DNA of 64,000 bases from an uncultured Clostridia bacterium. GTDB lineage: Bacteria; Bacillota; Clostridia; Christensenellales; CAG-917. This document shows positions 1 through 10,437 of this stretch, one piece after another. The position numbers and the translations under genes were made by a program. Location: contig CALVKQ010000001.1 of the NCBI GenBank assembly GCA_944332815.1, positions 49,697-113,696 of the forward strand. The letters are read 5' to 3'. Within the stretch, counting starts at the first letter, position 1; each line of letters begins with the position of its first letter. The notes under the pieces are model-generated. The model did no database searches. It saw only the letters and a list, made by a program, of their open reading frames with translations, and was not told where the DNA came from.

Positions 1-1
1 T

Positions 2-1432
2 TTGCAAGGCATAGTCGCGCAGGAAGAAGCCAAAATTTACATAAAGAATTCGGACAATTTTGTTTACGCGGAAAAGTTCGTCGCCGAGAAAGAGCTGACC
101 GTGACCGAATTTTCCGACCCTTGGGCGCTGGTGCTCGCCTGCAAAGAACATCTCGCGGACAACGGTTACGTGCTTTTCGAAGGCGTCGGCAGCTTCACCG
201 TCAACACCGCCGCCACCATCTCGGGCGCGGAAAAATGGCTGTCCGTCCCACGTTCGGCGCAAGAGGAGGCGGAACGCCGCGGACTGGAACTCAAAGCTGA
301 TATGACCCTGAAAAACAGGGACGGCAGCTACGTGAACACCTACGAGTCCCTGTACGAGCGGTATGAAGACGTCCTCAACAAGAACGTCCTGATACACCAA
401 TCGCCAGACCTTGCCACCCTCCGCGACTACGGCATCGCGGCGGCGGCTTTCTGTTTCTACACCGACGAAAGCAGCAAAAGCTCCGTCGGTTTCCGAGAAA
501 AGGTCTTCTCCCGGACCGCACTGAACGCGCCCGTCCTCGGATGGAGCACCGACGAGATAGGCTATGTGGCGCAGACGACCCGAAACGGGTTGTGCGTGAT
601 AGCGTCCGACCACAGCTCCAACCTCAGCTATCTTTCGGGCTGCGACAGCGGCGAGCCCATAAGGCAGAAATACGTCGCCGATAATCTTGTCGCGGACGGC
701 ACGAAACACTACGTCGCGCTCGTCATGAGTGACGGCGACAATCTGCAATGGTGTCAGAACCTGCCCTTCACCCACCATTACAAGGACAGGCAAAATTCGA
801 CCGCCGACTACAAGCTGACCTGGACGGCGCCGCCCGTCATGGCGACCCTCGCCCCCGAAGCGCTGAAATATCTTTACGGCAACGCAAACGCAAACGACTC
901 TTTCATCTGCGGAGTGTCCGGCATGGGCTACATCAACCCGACGATGTTCCCCAGAAGCCGACTTTCGTCGTTCGCCGAAATGACCGCGGAAGCGATGGGA
1001 CGCGCGGACCTGTTTACGCTCGCCGTGCTCGACAACACCACGTCCCTCTATCGCCTCGGTATGGCGATGCGGAAATACGCCGACACGGACGGCATCCCGG
1101 GCGGCTTCATGCAGATAGGCGACAGATATCAGGAGCTTGGCGGCAGGATGATATGGTGCGGCGACAAACCGTTCATAAGCGTAAGAAAGTCGCTGTGGTA
1201 CACACCCGACGACGGACAGAGCAAGGAGGCTTTCATAAAGCGACTTGCGGACGAGATAAACGCCATGCCTGCCGACCCGACTTCCGAAAACGGCTATTCC
1301 TACATAAACATACACCCCTGGTCCATGACGATAGCCGATGTGGACCTCTTCGTTTCGCTGCTGGACGAACACATCGAGATAGTTTCGGCGGAAGAGATGC
1401 TGCATCTCGTAAAAGCCAACGTCCGCCATTGA
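2..1432 (+). CDS. GxGYxYP-like putative glycoside hydrolase family protein (5' end runs off the window)
   Basis: The ORF is open to the window edge and shows a coding-like GC3 pattern. SGMGYINP resembles the GxGYxYP family signature. No signal peptide is visible, which fits N-terminal truncation. Confidence 0.5.
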   Translation: MQGIVAQEEAKIYIKNSDNFVYAEKFVAEKELTVTEFSDPWALVLACKEHLADNGYVLFEGVGSFTVNTAATISGAEKWLSVPRSAQEEAERRGLELKADMTLKNRDGSYVNTYESLYERYEDVLNKNVLIHQSPDLATLRDYGIAAAAFCFYTDESSKSSVGFREKVFSRTALNAPVLGWSTDEIGYVAQTTRNGLCVIASDHSSNLSYLSGCDSGEPIRQKYVADNLVADGTKHYVALVMSDGDNLQWCQNLPFTHHYKDRQNSTADYKLTWTAPPVMATLAPEALKYLYGNANANDSFICGVSGMGYINPTMFPRSRLSSFAEMTAEAMGRADLFTLAVLDNTTSLYRLGMAMRKYADTDGIPGGFMQIGDRYQELGGRMIWCGDKPFISVRKSLWYTPDDGQSKEAFIKRLADEINAMPADPTSENGYSYINIHPWSMTIADVDLFVSLLDEHIEIVSAEEMLHLVKANVRH

Positions 1433-1576
1433 CCCTCCCCTCCGAGGCAGCCGCGGCAAAGCCCTCCGCCGCGCCCCTGACCGCGCCCGTCCCGATGCGC
1501 GCACACACGCCGAAGGCGCTGCGGCTGCGGCGCATGAGATTCTAATAAAATTACGCTAACGGCACCTAAACATACC

Positions 1577-1604
1577 AAAACGCGCGTATAAACGCGCGTT
1601 TTTG
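1577..1604. terminator. Bidirectional intrinsic terminator between convergent genes
   Basis: aaaaCGCGCG-tataaa-CGCGCGttttt: a GC stem flanked by an A-run and a T-run. Confidence 0.6.
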
Positions 1605-1650
1605 TGATATCATCGCAAGGACGCGCTTCATGCGGCGCGCCCGACGCGAA

Positions 1651-3471
1651 TTATTGCTTGTTCTTGAACTGCTGCTTCATGCGTTCGCTCCCCGACAGTA
1701 TGACCTTGCGGATGCGCAGGTGTTTTGGGGTGACTTCCAGCATCTCGTCGTCGTTGAGGAACTCGAGGGATTCTTCCAGGCTGAACTTCCTCGGGGTGTT
1801 GAGGCGGAGCGCCTCGTCGGAGCCTGCGGCGCGCATATTGGTGACGTGCTTGCGCTTGCAGACGTTGACGCGGATGTCCTCGGCTTTGGGGGACATGCCC
1901 ACCACCATTCCCTCGTAGACCATGGTCTGCGGATCGATGAACAATGTTCCGCGCTCCTGCGCGTTGAAGAGCCCGTAGGTCGCCGCCTCGCCCGTTTCGA
2001 ACGCGACGAGGGAACCCGTGAATCTGCGCTGTATGGGTCCTTTGTAAGGCGCGTAACCCTCAAAGAGCTGGTTCATGACGCCCTCCCCTTTGGTGTCGGT
2101 GAGGAACTCGTTCTTGAACCCGAACAGCCCTCTGGACGGCACGACGAATTCCATCCTTATGCGGCTGCCTTTTGGCTCCATGGTGACGAGCTCGCCTTTA
2201 CGCACGCCCATGCGCTCCATCACGGAGCCCACGCAGTCGGAAGGCACGTCTATGAACAGCCTTTCCATAGGCTCGCACTTCTCGCCGTCGATGGTGCGGA
2301 ATATGACCTGCGGCGTGCCGACGCCGAACTCGTACCCCTCGCGGCGCATGGTTTCGATGAGGATGCTGAGGTGCATCTCCCCCCTGCCGCACACCTTGAA
2401 AGTGTCGGGGCTTTCCGTCTGATACACGCGCAGAGAAACGTCTTTCAGCAACTCGCGGAAGAGCCTGTCGCGCAGCTGCCTGGACGTGACGAACTTGCCC
2501 TCTTTGCCGGCGAACGGGCTGTCGTTGACGGAGAAATTCATCTCTATCGTAGGCTCGCCTATCTTGACGAAGGGGACGGGGTCTATCCTGCTCGGGTCGC
2601 AAAGCGTGTTGCCGATGGTGATATTCTCGATGCCGCTGAAACACACGATATCCCCCACCTTCGCCTCTTCGACGGGAACGCGCTTCAACCCCTCTATCTG
2701 GAAGAGGGTGACCACTTTGCTGCGGTAGGGAGAAAGCCCCGTGTAGTCGCACACCATGACCTCCTCGCCCACTCTGACGTCGCCGCGCTCTATCTTGCCT
2801 ATGCCTATGCGCCCGACATACTCGTTGTAGTCTATCGCGGACACGAGCAGCTGCAACTCGCCGTCGGGGTCGCCCTCCGGAGGCTCGATGTAATTCAGGA
2901 TGGTTTCGAACAACGGTTTGAGGTCGGTGCCGGGGACGTTGTAGTCGGTGGTGGCGGTGGCGTTCTTGCCCGAACAATAGAGAATGGGGCTCATGAGCTG
3001 ATCGTCGTCCGCGCCGAGGTCGAGCAGAAGCTCCAACACCTCGTCGCCCACCTCCGCGAGCCTCGCGTCCGGGCGGTCTATCTTATTTATGACGATGATG
3101 ATCTTGAGCCCGAGTTCCAGCGCCTTTTCCACCACGAACCTGGTCTGCGGCATGGGACCCTCCGCCGCGTCGACGAGCAGCAGTACGCCGCTCACCATTT
3201 TGAGCACGCGCTCCACTTCGCCGGAAAAGTCCGCGTGTCCCGGGGTGTCGATGATGTTTATCTTCACGCCGCCCCAATGCACGGAAGTGTTCTTTGCAAG
3301 TATGGTGATGCCCCTCTCGCGTTCCAGCGCGCCGGAGTCCATGACGCAGGTCTGCACCTGCTGATTGTCGCGGAAAGTCCCCGACTGACGGAGCATCCCG
3401 TCCACCAGCGTAGTCTTGCCGTGGTCGACGTGTGCAATGATGGCTACATTTCTCAAATCTTCTCTGATCAT
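1651..3471 (-). CDS. typA: Translational GTPase TypA/BipA
   Basis: 606 aa. G-domain motifs [17 protein letters not shown] and NKID are present, with an EF-G-like domain layout. Confidence 0.95.
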   Translation of the reverse strand: MIREDLRNVAIIAHVDHGKTTLVDGMLRQSGTFRDNQQVQTCVMDSGALERERGITILAKNTSVHWGGVKINIIDTPGHADFSGEVERVLKMVSGVLLLVDAAEGPMPQTRFVVEKALELGLKIIIVINKIDRPDARLAEVGDEVLELLLDLGADDDQLMSPILYCSGKNATATTDYNVPGTDLKPLFETILNYIEPPEGDPDGELQLLVSAIDYNEYVGRIGIGKIERGDVRVGEEVMVCDYTGLSPYRSKVVTLFQIEGLKRVPVEEAKVGDIVCFSGIENITIGNTLCDPSRIDPVPFVKIGEPTIEMNFSVNDSPFAGKEGKFVTSRQLRDRLFRELLKDVSLRVYQTESPDTFKVCGRGEMHLSILIETMRREGYEFGVGTPQVIFRTIDGEKCEPMERLFIDVPSDCVGSVMERMGVRKGELVTMEPKGSRIRMEFVVPSRGLFGFKNEFLTDTKGEGVMNQLFEGYAPYKGPIQRRFTGSLVAFETGEAATYGLFNAQERGTLFIDPQTMVYEGMVVGMSPKAEDIRVNVCKRKHVTNMRAAGSDEALRLNTPRKFSLEESLEFLNDDEMLEVTPKHLRIRKVILSGSERMKQQFKNKQ

Positions 3472-3582
3472 ACGTTTCCTTCGGCGCGCCGCCGCGCCTT
3501 TTTCATGCGGCGTATCCGATGAACACCGCGCAAATCAAGTTTTATTGTAGGTTTTGAGCGTGTGAACCACGCATTATGTCAT

Positions 3583-4740
3583 TCAGTCCATATCGCGCGA
3601 GAGCACGAAGTAGTACTTTTTCTCCTCATTCGCGAACTCTTCCTCAAGCCTCTTTTCTATCTCGGAAAGAGGGGTCTTGTTCTCGAAAGGCATCTCCACG
3701 TCGAAGATGATGTTGGTGTGCGACGCCCCTTTCACCAAACGGAAGTCGTGCAGGGAAAGCCCTCCCCCCATGGCTCGGAGCACTCCGACGCACCTCTCTT
3801 TCAGGGCGAGAGTTTCCTCGTCCTCGTTGTCTATGGGATCGATGTGCAGAGTGAGCCGGATGCCGAGCTCGTCATACACATCACGCTCTATGTTATCCGC
3901 GAGTTCGTGTGCGAACATGATGTCGTCGCGCGCAGGCACCTCAAGGTGCGCCACCGCAAAGTATCTCCCCTCCCCGTAAGAGTGGACGGCGAGGTCGTGC
4001 ACTCCTATGACGCCGACATAGGAGAGTATCTTCTCTTTGAGCGCGTCCACGACCTCCGTCGGAGGGCGCGTCCCGATGAGAGGGTCGGCGGCTTCCAGGA
4101 TATATCTGAAACTGGACACCACTATGAACAGCGAAACCGCAAGCCCGAAGTAAGCGTCCACGTTGACCCCTGTCGCGTCCATGACTATCGCGGCGATGAG
4201 AACTGCGGAAGTTGCGATGACGTCGTTGCGGCTGTCCGCCGCCGCGGCTTTGAGCGCCCCCGACGAGATGCTCTTCGCAAAGTCCAGATATATCGCCATC
4301 TGCACGAGTTTCATGACTATGGACGCCGCGAGCACCACGTACGTCCACACGTCCGTGCTCACCGCCTCGGGGCTTATCATCTTCTCCACGGAGGACTTGC
4401 ACAGCAGCACGCCCACAATGAGGATTATGACCGCCACCACGAGCGCGCCTATGTACTCGTAACGCGCGTGCCCGTAAGGATGTTCGCGGTCGGCAGGTCT
4501 TGCCGCAAGTTTGAACCCTGCCACCGTCACCGCGCTGCTGCCTGCGTCCGAGAGGTTGTTCACCGCGTCCGCTATCACCGCCACGCTGCCGCTCACGAAA
4601 CCCACCGCAAGTTTGAGCGCGCAAATGACGGCGTTCGAACATATGCCGAACACCCCGGCAGCCACGCCGTAGCGCGTGCGCACTTCGGGTTTCCCCGTGG
4701 ACTCAAAGTCCTTTATGAGCAGCTTCTTCAACCACTTCAT
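3583..4740 (-). CDS. Cation diffusion facilitator (CDF) family metal efflux transporter
   Basis: Six-TM N-terminal half with a SGSVAVIADAVNNLSDA-type motif, plus a cytoplasmic C-terminal domain. The ATG at 4740 overlaps the upstream stop (TGATG). Confidence 0.85.
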   Translation of the reverse strand: MKWLKKLLIKDFESTGKPEVRTRYGVAAGVFGICSNAVICALKLAVGFVSGSVAVIADAVNNLSDAGSSAVTVAGFKLAARPADREHPYGHARYEYIGALVVAVIILIVGVLLCKSSVEKMISPEAVSTDVWTYVVLAASIVMKLVQMAIYLDFAKSISSGALKAAAADSRNDVIATSAVLIAAIVMDATGVNVDAYFGLAVSLFIVVSSFRYILEAADPLIGTRPPTEVVDALKEKILSYVGVIGVHDLAVHSYGEGRYFAVAHLEVPARDDIMFAHELADNIERDVYDELGIRLTLHIDPIDNEDEETLALKERCVGVLRAMGGGLSLHDFRLVKGASHTNIIFDVEMPFENKTPLSEIEKRLEEEFANEEKKYYFVLSRDMD

Positions 4741-4919
4741 CACCAATCCTCTCTGTGCGAGATCTTGACGTCGTCGTAAAAATCGAAGTACTTGCGCTTG
4801 AACGCCTGCGTTTCGCTGCGTCTGCGTTTGAGTTCCTCCCTTGCCTGCTTCAACGCCTCGTTGGAAGGCTCTTCTTCGGGCAGATCCTCGGGAGTGAGCT
4901 TGGTCTTGTCCTCTCTCAT
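4740..4919 (-). CDS. Small charged hypothetical protein (59 aa)
   Basis: ATG preceded by GGAGA at good spacing and translationally coupled to the CDF gene. I recognise no family. Confidence 0.4.
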   Translation of the reverse strand: MREDKTKLTPEDLPEEEPSNEALKQAREELKRRRSETQAFKRKYFDFYDDVKISHREDW

Positions 4920-4945
4920 ATTATTCTCCGTCCGCGGAAGGCGCG

Positions 4946-5239
4946 TCAAAATTCGATGTGTTTGACGCCCTCTTTCTCGCTCCGCCTGTACAACACTATC
5001 TTGTTCCCCGTTGCGGCGACTTCTTCCGCGCCCAAACGCACGGACAGCTCTCGCAAAATTTCTTTCGGAGCCGCGCCTGCGGTTTTGAGCACCGTGATCT
5101 TCACAAGTTCGTGCGCGTCGAGCGCGGCGGAAAGGTCCGCCGCCATGTTATCATTCACGCCGCCTTTGCCCACCTGGAACCAGGCGTCCAACCCGTTTGC
5201 CGCGGCACGCAGCGCCGCTCTCTGTTTTCCGCTCAACAT
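4946..5239 (-). CDS. YhbY-like CRM-domain RNA-binding protein
   Basis: LSGKQRAALRAAANGL...VGKGGV...HELVKI matches the YhbY/CRS1 pattern. The internal ATG at 5239 was chosen as the start. Confidence 0.75.
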   Translation of the reverse strand: MLSGKQRAALRAAANGLDAWFQVGKGGVNDNMAADLSAALDAHELVKITVLKTAGAAPKEILRELSVRLGAEEVAATGNKIVLYRRSEKEGVKHIEF

Positions 5240-5240
5240 A

Positions 5241-5675
5241 TCAAAACTCTCCCTTTTCGGAAAATATGCCGCTCTCCTCCACGATGGACGCCGCAAGCCC
5301 GACCAGCTTCATGCAATAAGGCTTCTCGGAATTGTGCGTGTTCCCGTGCGGATGCTCGGCGATGAGGTCGCGGCACACTATGCTGCCTGCGCGCTCGCGG
5401 AACTTCTCCGCCAGTTCGCGCTCCTTTGCGTAGAACTCTTCCTTATTTTCCTTGTCCAGCATATCGGGGTGCTGCATAAGCCCGAGCAGCATCGCCATGC
5501 CGCTCACCGCGCCGCACACTTCGCGCAGCCTGCCCATACCGCCCCCGAAAGGAGCGGACATCCTTTCCAGCACCGCGCGATCCACGCCCGTAAACTCCTG
5601 AAAAGCGAGCACCACCGACTGTGCGCAGTTATATCCCTCGAAAAAAAGCGCTTCCGCCCTTTCTGCCCCGGTCAT
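5241..5675 (-). CDS. C_GCAxxG_C_C family protein
   Basis: N-terminal GYNCAQSV motif and later conserved Cys residues are typical of this family. Confidence 0.7.
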   Translation of the reverse strand: MTGAERAEALFFEGYNCAQSVVLAFQEFTGVDRAVLERMSAPFGGGMGRLREVCGAVSGMAMLLGLMQHPDMLDKENKEEFYAKERELAEKFRERAGSIVCRDLIAEHPHGNTHNSEKPYCMKLVGLAASIVEESGIFSEKGEF

Positions 5676-5949
5676 ATGCACCTCTCGACCCACGCGTCCG
5701 CGCGTGCTGCGCGCCTCCGCGCCGAATTATTCAACAATGATAGCACACCGCGCACCGAAACGCAACAAAACCGACGGACAAGAAAACGCCCTATCTCCGA
5801 TTTTGCATATAAGTGACAGTCCGCGCCCCCTCTTTCCGATTTTTTACAGCCGAAGAGAGGCATACCGGACCGGCATACTTCCCGTAAAAGCGCGCATACT
5901 GATGTCCGAACGGATGCGCAGCGCACCCGAAAAACAACGGGAGGTAAAG

Positions 5950-6096
5950 ATGAAACACATTTGCAAAACAGGCGAAAAGCCCGGCAGAGGAACTTACAGC
6001 TGCACCAATTGTCACACGGAGGTGAGCGTCGGCGACCGCGACAAACTCCCTCCCTGCCCTTCCTGCTCCAACAATGAGTTCACGGAAGTCCGATGA
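5950..6096 (+). CDS. Small zinc-ribbon protein (48 aa)
   Basis: GGGAGG SD 6 nt upstream. Two CxxC pairs are present (CTNC ... CPSC). Confidence 0.6.
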   Translation: MKHICKTGEKPGRGTYSCTNCHTEVSVGDRDKLPPCPSCSNNEFTEVR

Positions 6097-6274
6097 CGCG
6101 CCCTCGCCGAAACGCAGACCGACGAAAGTCCCTCCGGCGTCCGGCAAAAAAAGAGGACGGCCGCGCGCGCTTGACGGAGTGATCCCATAACTCTGAAACG
6201 CGAGCGCGGCGAGCGCTCCGCCGGGCGGAGAACGACGGCGCGGTACGCGGACCGCATTCTTCCGCCCGGGCAGC

Positions 6275-6306
6275 AAAAACGGACGTTGACAGCGTCCGTT
6301 TTTTTA
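6275..6306. terminator. Intrinsic terminator (bidirectional)
   Basis: aaaaACGGACG-ttgacag-CGTCCGTttttttt, between the convergent zinc-ribbon and MscS genes. Confidence 0.65.
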
Positions 6307-6388
6307 CGAGCAACGGGACGCTCGGCTTCCCGTTGCGCTTTTCTTTTTCTCATCGTTCACTCGGCGCAGCGCGATCGGATGCTTCCTC

Positions 6389-7252
6389 TCACTTCGCCTT
6401 CGTGATGACCTCTTTCTTGCTCTTTTTCGTGAGCGTTATGGCTTCGGGGCGCTCGCCCTCGTGCACGTCCACCTGCATATTCGGGGTGAGGAAACCCTCC
6501 TCTTTGAGAGCGTTGTAGACGTTCTCCGTCATGCGGTATTTCACCGTCCAGTAGTCCGCCGTGAGGGTGAAGCATTTCAGCTGCATTTTGACGCAATTCA
6601 TATCTTGACCGCTCATAACGACGCTGTAACCCTCGTCTTTTGCCAAAAGCGACTCGGCTTCCGCCACGCGTGAAACTATGTCGCGCACCACTGCCACATC
6701 GCTCCCCTTGTCCACCGCGATATCCACGACGACGCGGCGGAAACGGCACCCTTCATAGTTGATGATGGGGTTGTTCACCGCCTCGGAGTTGGGGACTATG
6801 ATGACGGTGTCGTCATCCGTTTTGAGGGTAGTGTTGAAGAGGTTTATCTGGGTGATCCTGCCCTCCTCGTCGGCGATCTGAACGTAGTCGTCCTTTTTGA
6901 AAGGCTTGTTGAAGATTATCATTATGCCGCTGGCAATGTTGCCCAGGCTGTCTTTGAGCGCGAGCCCTATCGCCACGCCGCAGGTGCCTATCACCGCGAT
7001 GATGGAAGCGGTATTGATGCCCATCGTCGCAAGCGCGGTTATGAGCACTATTATCTCCAGGACGATGTTGACCAGCGACACGATAAAACTGGACATCGCC
7101 TCGTCGCGTTTGGTGCGGCGAAGGATGCGTTTGAGCACCGCCTTGATGAGCCTGACGATGATCAGCCCGACGATGAGGATGATGATGCCGTAAAGGATGT
7201 TCAACCCGGCGTTCTTAAAGAAGTCTGCAACGCCCTGCCAAAATTCTTCCAT
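6389..7252 (-). CDS. Small-conductance mechanosensitive channel (MscS family)
   Basis: Three N-terminal TM helices. GLALKDSLGNIASG and the beta-domain pattern (ITQINLFNTTLKT) are typical of MscS. Start placed at MEEFWQ. Confidence 0.85.
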   Translation of the reverse strand: MEEFWQGVADFFKNAGLNILYGIIILIVGLIIVRLIKAVLKRILRRTKRDEAMSSFIVSLVNIVLEIIVLITALATMGINTASIIAVIGTCGVAIGLALKDSLGNIASGIMIIFNKPFKKDDYVQIADEEGRITQINLFNTTLKTDDDTVIIVPNSEAVNNPIINYEGCRFRRVVVDIAVDKGSDVAVVRDIVSRVAEAESLLAKDEGYSVVMSGQDMNCVKMQLKCFTLTADYWTVKYRMTENVYNALKEEGFLTPNMQVDVHEGERPEAITLTKKSKKEVITKAK

Positions 7253-7342
7253 AGGTTTCTCCCTGACGTTTGATGATAGGATTATACCACAAAACGCGGC
7301 AAAATCAACGCACAAACGGATATCCGCCGCGCGCAAAGCGGC

Positions 7343-7371
7343 TTGATTCGCGGACGCGCGTATGATATAAT
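7343..7371 (+). promoter_or_regulatory. Sigma-A type promoter for the radical SAM gene
   Basis: TTGATT-17 nt-TATAAT with a TGn extended -10 element. Confidence 0.5.
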
Positions 7372-7441
7372 GATTATATGCCGATAAGTATAAGCGCAAC
7401 GAAACGTACGGCGCGCGATGCCGCAGAAGGGAGGATGTGAC

Positions 7442-8533
7442 ATGCCCCCCGTTTCACTGATGATAAAACCGGCGTCGTCGCTGTGCAATATGCGGTGCAA
7501 GTACTGTTTTTATCATTCCCTCGCCGAGCAGCGCGAGTCGGCTTCCCACGGCATGATGAGTGAAGCCACCCTGCGCCGCACGCTGGAACAGGCTTTCGCG
7601 TACGCGGACGGGAAACCCGTCGCCATCTCCTTTCAGGGCGGCGAGCCCCTGCTCGCAGGCAAGGAATTCTTCGCCGCCGCGGAAAGCATGCTGCGCAAAC
7701 TTGACCGAAAGCACTCTCCCGTCAGTGTGGGCGTGCAGACCAACGGCACTCTGCTGGACGAGGAATGGTGCAGGATGTTCCGCTCCTTCGGCTGGCTGGT
7801 GGGGCTGTCGCTGGACGGCGACCGCGCCGCGAACGCGCTGCGCGTGGACGCCGACGGAGAACCCACTTTCGACAGGGTTTACGCCGCCGCAAAGCTGCTG
7901 GAAAAGAACAGGACGGAGTTCAACGTCCTCTCCGTGCTCACCCGTCGCAACGCGGAAAACATAGGGCGGATATACGCCTTTTTCAGGCGCAACAAATTCC
8001 GCCACCTGCAATTCATCCCCGTGCTGCTCCCCCTTCGCCGAGATGGAGAAACGCGGGCTCCCGAAGAGGAGGACCTCCGCCTCACCCCGGATAGCTATGC
8101 GACCTTCCTCAAAAAGGCGTTCTCCCTTTACATGAAGGACATGATAGACGGCAGATACACGTCCATAAGGCAGTTCGACAACTTCGTCGCCCTCGCCAAC
8201 TTCGGCCGTGCGGAACAGTGCGGTATGAACGGGAGCTGCTCACGGCAGTTCGTGGTGGAGGGGGACGGAGCCGTCTACCCCTGCGACTTCTTCTGCCTGG
8301 ACGAGTACTGCATGGGCAACGTCAACGACAGCACCTTTGCCGCACTGGAAGACTCCCCTGCCGCCGTACGTTTCCGCGAAGAGTCCGCCCTCCGTCCCGA
8401 AAAATGCGAGAGCTGCAAGTACCTCCGCATGTGCGGCGGAGGTTGCAGGCGCGAGCGCGCGGACGTGGACAAATGCGAGGCGTACGCCGAATTTTTCGAT
8501 TACGCCCTGCCCAACATGAAGCGCATGCGCTGA
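7442..8533 (+). CDS. Radical SAM/SPASM protein, anaerobic sulfatase-maturase-like
   Basis: N-terminal CxxxCxxC (CNMRCKYC) and a C-terminal Cys-rich SPASM region (CGMNGSC, CDFFC, CESCKYLRMCGGGC). GGGAGG SD. Confidence 0.8.
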   Translation: MPPVSLMIKPASSLCNMRCKYCFYHSLAEQRESASHGMMSEATLRRTLEQAFAYADGKPVAISFQGGEPLLAGKEFFAAAESMLRKLDRKHSPVSVGVQTNGTLLDEEWCRMFRSFGWLVGLSLDGDRAANALRVDADGEPTFDRVYAAAKLLEKNRTEFNVLSVLTRRNAENIGRIYAFFRRNKFRHLQFIPVLLPLRRDGETRAPEEEDLRLTPDSYATFLKKAFSLYMKDMIDGRYTSIRQFDNFVALANFGRAEQCGMNGSCSRQFVVEGDGAVYPCDFFCLDEYCMGNVNDSTFAALEDSPAAVRFREESALRPEKCESCKYLRMCGGGCRRERADVDKCEAYAEFFDYALPNMKRMR

Positions 8534-8607
8534 CCGCGCCGCCGCTTCTTCCCGCCTCGGACGGCGTGCCCGTCCGCAAAACCGAACAAGTACCGCAAGA
8601 GGTAAAA

Positions 8608-9567
8608 ATGAAATTGATCATCCCAAAAGGTTTCACCGTCGGCGCCGCCCAGAATGAGTTCACGGGCGTTACCGTCCTGCTCGCCCCCAAGGGCGCGACG
8701 GGCGGTGCGGACTGCCGCGGCGGCGCGCCGGGCACTCGCGAAACCGACCTGCTCCGCCCCGAAAAAATGATGGACAAGGTGAACGCCGTGGTGCTTTCCG
8801 GCGGCTCCGCCTACGGGCTGGCGTCCATGACGGGGGTCACGGAATGGCTGTCCCAAAACGGCTTCGGCTACAAGTCCATGGGCAAACTCGTCCCCATCGT
8901 TACGGGCGCGGTGCTGTATGACCTCAACCAAAAAGAATTGCACTATCCCGACGCAAAAATGGGGTTTGAAGCGTGCGAAAACGCATCTGAAACCCCGTTT
9001 ACGGGTCAATACGGCGCAGGACGCGGCGCGACCGTCGGCAAGATAAGAGGCATGAAATACGCCTCTCGCTCGGGGGTCGGAGCCTACACCGTCAAGGTCG
9101 CCGGCGTGACCGTGACCGCCGTCATCGCCGTCAATGCGCTGGGCGACGTGTTCGACCCCGAACAGGGCAAGATAGTGGCAGGAGCCAAAGCGAACGACGG
9201 CAGCTTCCTCGACACGGAGCGCCACATCGTGAACGGCGGACTGATGAAGCTCTTCCTGGGCACCAACACCACCATTGGGTGCATCCTCACCGACGCGAAG
9301 CTGGACAAAGTGGCGGCAAACAAATTGGCGTCCGCATCCCACGACGGGCTGGCGCGCGCCATACGCCCCGTGCACACCGACTTTGACGGCGACACCATGT
9401 TCTGTCTGGCGTCGGGTCACCGTCCCGTCCTCAACCTGCTGCTCTTGCAGACCGCCGCGGCGTACGCCGCAGAGCGCGCCTGCGTGAACGCGGTGCAGGG
9501 CGTGAAGGACCTGACGGTCATATACGACGAAACGGACGAAGAAACGGACACGTGGCAGTGCGACTGA
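8608..9567 (+). CDS. P1/S58 (DmpA-type) family peptidase
   Basis: GFTVGAAQN...GVTVLL...GGAPGTRETDLL...VVLSGGSAYGL matches the DmpA/S58 pattern. The longer track ORF (8218) overlaps the previous gene and is rejected. Confidence 0.75.
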   Translation: MKLIIPKGFTVGAAQNEFTGVTVLLAPKGATGGADCRGGAPGTRETDLLRPEKMMDKVNAVVLSGGSAYGLASMTGVTEWLSQNGFGYKSMGKLVPIVTGAVLYDLNQKELHYPDAKMGFEACENASETPFTGQYGAGRGATVGKIRGMKYASRSGVGAYTVKVAGVTVTAVIAVNALGDVFDPEQGKIVAGAKANDGSFLDTERHIVNGGLMKLFLGTNTTIGCILTDAKLDKVAANKLASASHDGLARAIRPVHTDFDGDTMFCLASGHRPVLNLLLLQTAAAYAAERACVNAVQGVKDLTVIYDETDEETDTWQCD

Positions 9568-9635
9568 CCGCGTCCGAACGCGGCTTCTTCGCCGCAGTGC
9601 GCGGATGTCCGCCGACAACACGTAAAGGACTTGCG

Positions 9636-10247
9636 ATGGAGATAGCGATAATACTCAATTCCGGCGTGCCCGTCACGAGGGAGATCACCGCCGACAAAGT
9701 CATCTGCACTGACGGAGGGCTGCTGCTCTCACCCGTGCGCCCCGACTATCTTGTGGGCGACCTGGACTCGCTCGCTTCCCCACCCGAGGACATCCCCCTG
9801 CTCAGGCACGACTCGCACAAGAATTTCACGGACGGGGAATCCGCCGTGCGCTTTGCCGCGGAACTCGGCGCGGATCTGGTCACACTTTACGGCGTGACGG
9901 GAGGCAGATGCGACCACTTCCTCGGCAACCTGGCGACCATGGCGCTTGCGATGGAACTCGGGATGAAAGTGCGTTCTCTCAACACGGACGCGGAGATATA
10001 CGGCGTGTCGGCTGAACTCTGCCCCGACTTCCGCATCCCTCTGACAGTCGGAGAAACCTTTTCGCTGATACCTCACGGCGGCGAGGCGACGGTCACGCGC
10101 GCTCGCGGCGTCGAATACCCTTTGGAGGAACTCACCCTGACTCCTACGGACACGCGCGGAGTGTCCAACCGCGCCGTTGCGGAAGAGGTGTCCTTCACCG
10201 TGACGAAAGGTATGGTGTTCTTCATCCGCGACATCTATTTCAGGTGA
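9636..10247 (+). CDS. thiN: Thiamine pyrophosphokinase
   Basis: GDLDS and GGRCDH motifs, about 200 aa, next to a thiamine transporter gene. Confidence 0.8.
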   Translation: MEIAIILNSGVPVTREITADKVICTDGGLLLSPVRPDYLVGDLDSLASPPEDIPLLRHDSHKNFTDGESAVRFAAELGADLVTLYGVTGGRCDHFLGNLATMALAMELGMKVRSLNTDAEIYGVSAELCPDFRIPLTVGETFSLIPHGGEATVTRARGVEYPLEELTLTPTDTRGVSNRAVAEEVSFTVTKGMVFFIRDIYFR

Positions 10248-10302
10248 TGTAAGAGCGAAAGCGCAAAGCGGATAACACAAAAAACGGATGACATCAAACA
10301 AA

Positions 10303-10333
10303 CGGAGAGAGCGGCTGAATGCCGCTCTCTCCG
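10303..10333 (-). terminator. Intrinsic terminator downstream of thiT
   Basis: Perfect 13-bp stem CGGAGAGAGCGGC/GCCGCTCTCTCCG, followed on the minus strand by T-rich sequence. Confidence 0.55.
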
Positions 10334-10437
10334 CAAAAGGAAGGCGTTTGCCTAACGAAGACTTGCCGTATGAGGGAGGGGACGGGAGGGAGAGGCGCGC
10401 ATCGCGCGGCGCTCCAGTCAGCCATGAAAAAGACAGA

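Noticed and set aside
1630-3522. 630-aa ORF on the + strand opposite typA. Similar long antisense ORFs include 35918-37978, 42306-44021, 44509-46716, 46716-49028, 13400-14851, 8500-9621, 22728-23786, 27133-28305 and 29765-31204.
   Set aside because: Their translations are Arg/His/Gly/Ala/Val-rich low-information sequence with no recognisable motifs. The opposite strand encodes unmistakable conserved proteins. Long stop-free antisense frames are expected at this GC content.
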